A stretch of DNA of 64,000 nucleotides from Candidatus Falkowbacteria bacterium. Lineage in GTDB: Bacteria > Patescibacteriota > Patescibacteriia > Patescibacteriales > UBA12465. Both the position numbers and the translations under genes were made by a program. The stretch is from the NCBI GenBank assembly GCA_037132255.1, contig JBAXPN010000003.1, positions 2,625-66,624 of the forward strand, written 5' to 3'. Each line of letters opens with the position of its first letter. The first letter of the stretch is position 1. Below are positions 63,780 to 64,000 of the stretch, one piece after another. Under the pieces are notes generated by a model, which made no database searches, was not told the origin of the DNA, and worked only from the letters and a program-made list of their open reading frames with translations.

Positions 63780-63897
63780 TCTTTCATAGTACAATCGCAC
63801 CTTAATAAAGAGTTAATAATATTTATCGGATTCTCTGAGCCTCTTAACGGAGGTTGAGAAAATCCCATAAATTATTATTAACCTTAAACTTTACAAA

Positions 63898-64000
63898 ATG
63901 ACACCTAAAAAAAGAATGAACCGCAATGTTCTCATTTGCCTATTATCTGGTAGCTTTTCCGTCGCGAGTGGAATGATAACATTCGCTATTCTTTTTTCGA
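63898..64000 (+). CDS. Membrane protein, N-terminal fragment (continues beyond window)
   Basis: MTPKKRMNRNVLICLLSGSFSVASGMITFAILF. The frame is open to the window end. Confidence 0.5.
   Translation, partial: MTPKKRMNRNVLICLLSGSFSVASGMITFAILFS

Noticed and set aside
1-64000. A search by eye for CRISPR arrays, rRNA genes, transposases, integrases, phage blocks or long inverted terminal repeats.
   Set aside because: I saw no regularly spaced direct repeats, no rRNA-like conserved stretches, and no recombinase or transposase motifs in any translated ORF. Absence is based on visual inspection only.

Overview
This is an AT-rich, gene-dense bacterial window. Most genes are on the + strand, with short or overlapping gene junctions. 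I recognised no rRNA, canonical tRNA, CRISPR array, transposase or integrase. The gene content suggests a reduced-genome Candidate Phyla Radiation / Patescibacteria-like organism (inference): many GT-C/GT2/GT4 envelope glycosylation genes, a DUF5667-type anti-sigma factor, a shortened HrcA, and giant FN3/lectin surface proteins. Order of content: a glycan-assembly cluster (1-11.5 kb) carrying an inserted WYL+NYN gene pair; a SOUL/MsrB/MsrA/Moco-oxidoreductase block; a ~1,940-aa surface protein; a GC-rich, promoter- and terminator-bounded ~370-nt locus that looks more like a structured RNA than a gene; a DUF3160 plus MEMO-CapA fusion pair; an ECF sigma/anti-sigma pair divergent from a secreted cytochrome-b5/FN3 protein; purH; a MacAB-like efflux operon with MarR; enolase; two P-type ATPases; a two-component system/MgtA operon with a hidden mini-ORF; PBP2; and a CIRCE-controlled hrcA-grpE-hsp20-dnaK-dnaJ operon. 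The observations most worth follow-up are the GC-rich RNA-like locus, the twin ECF-type promoters, the WYL-NYN cassette, the mini-ORF/hairpin ahead of the kinase-MgtA genes, and a recurrent leaderless promoter geometry. All calls come from reading translated motifs and sequence by eye. No searches were run.
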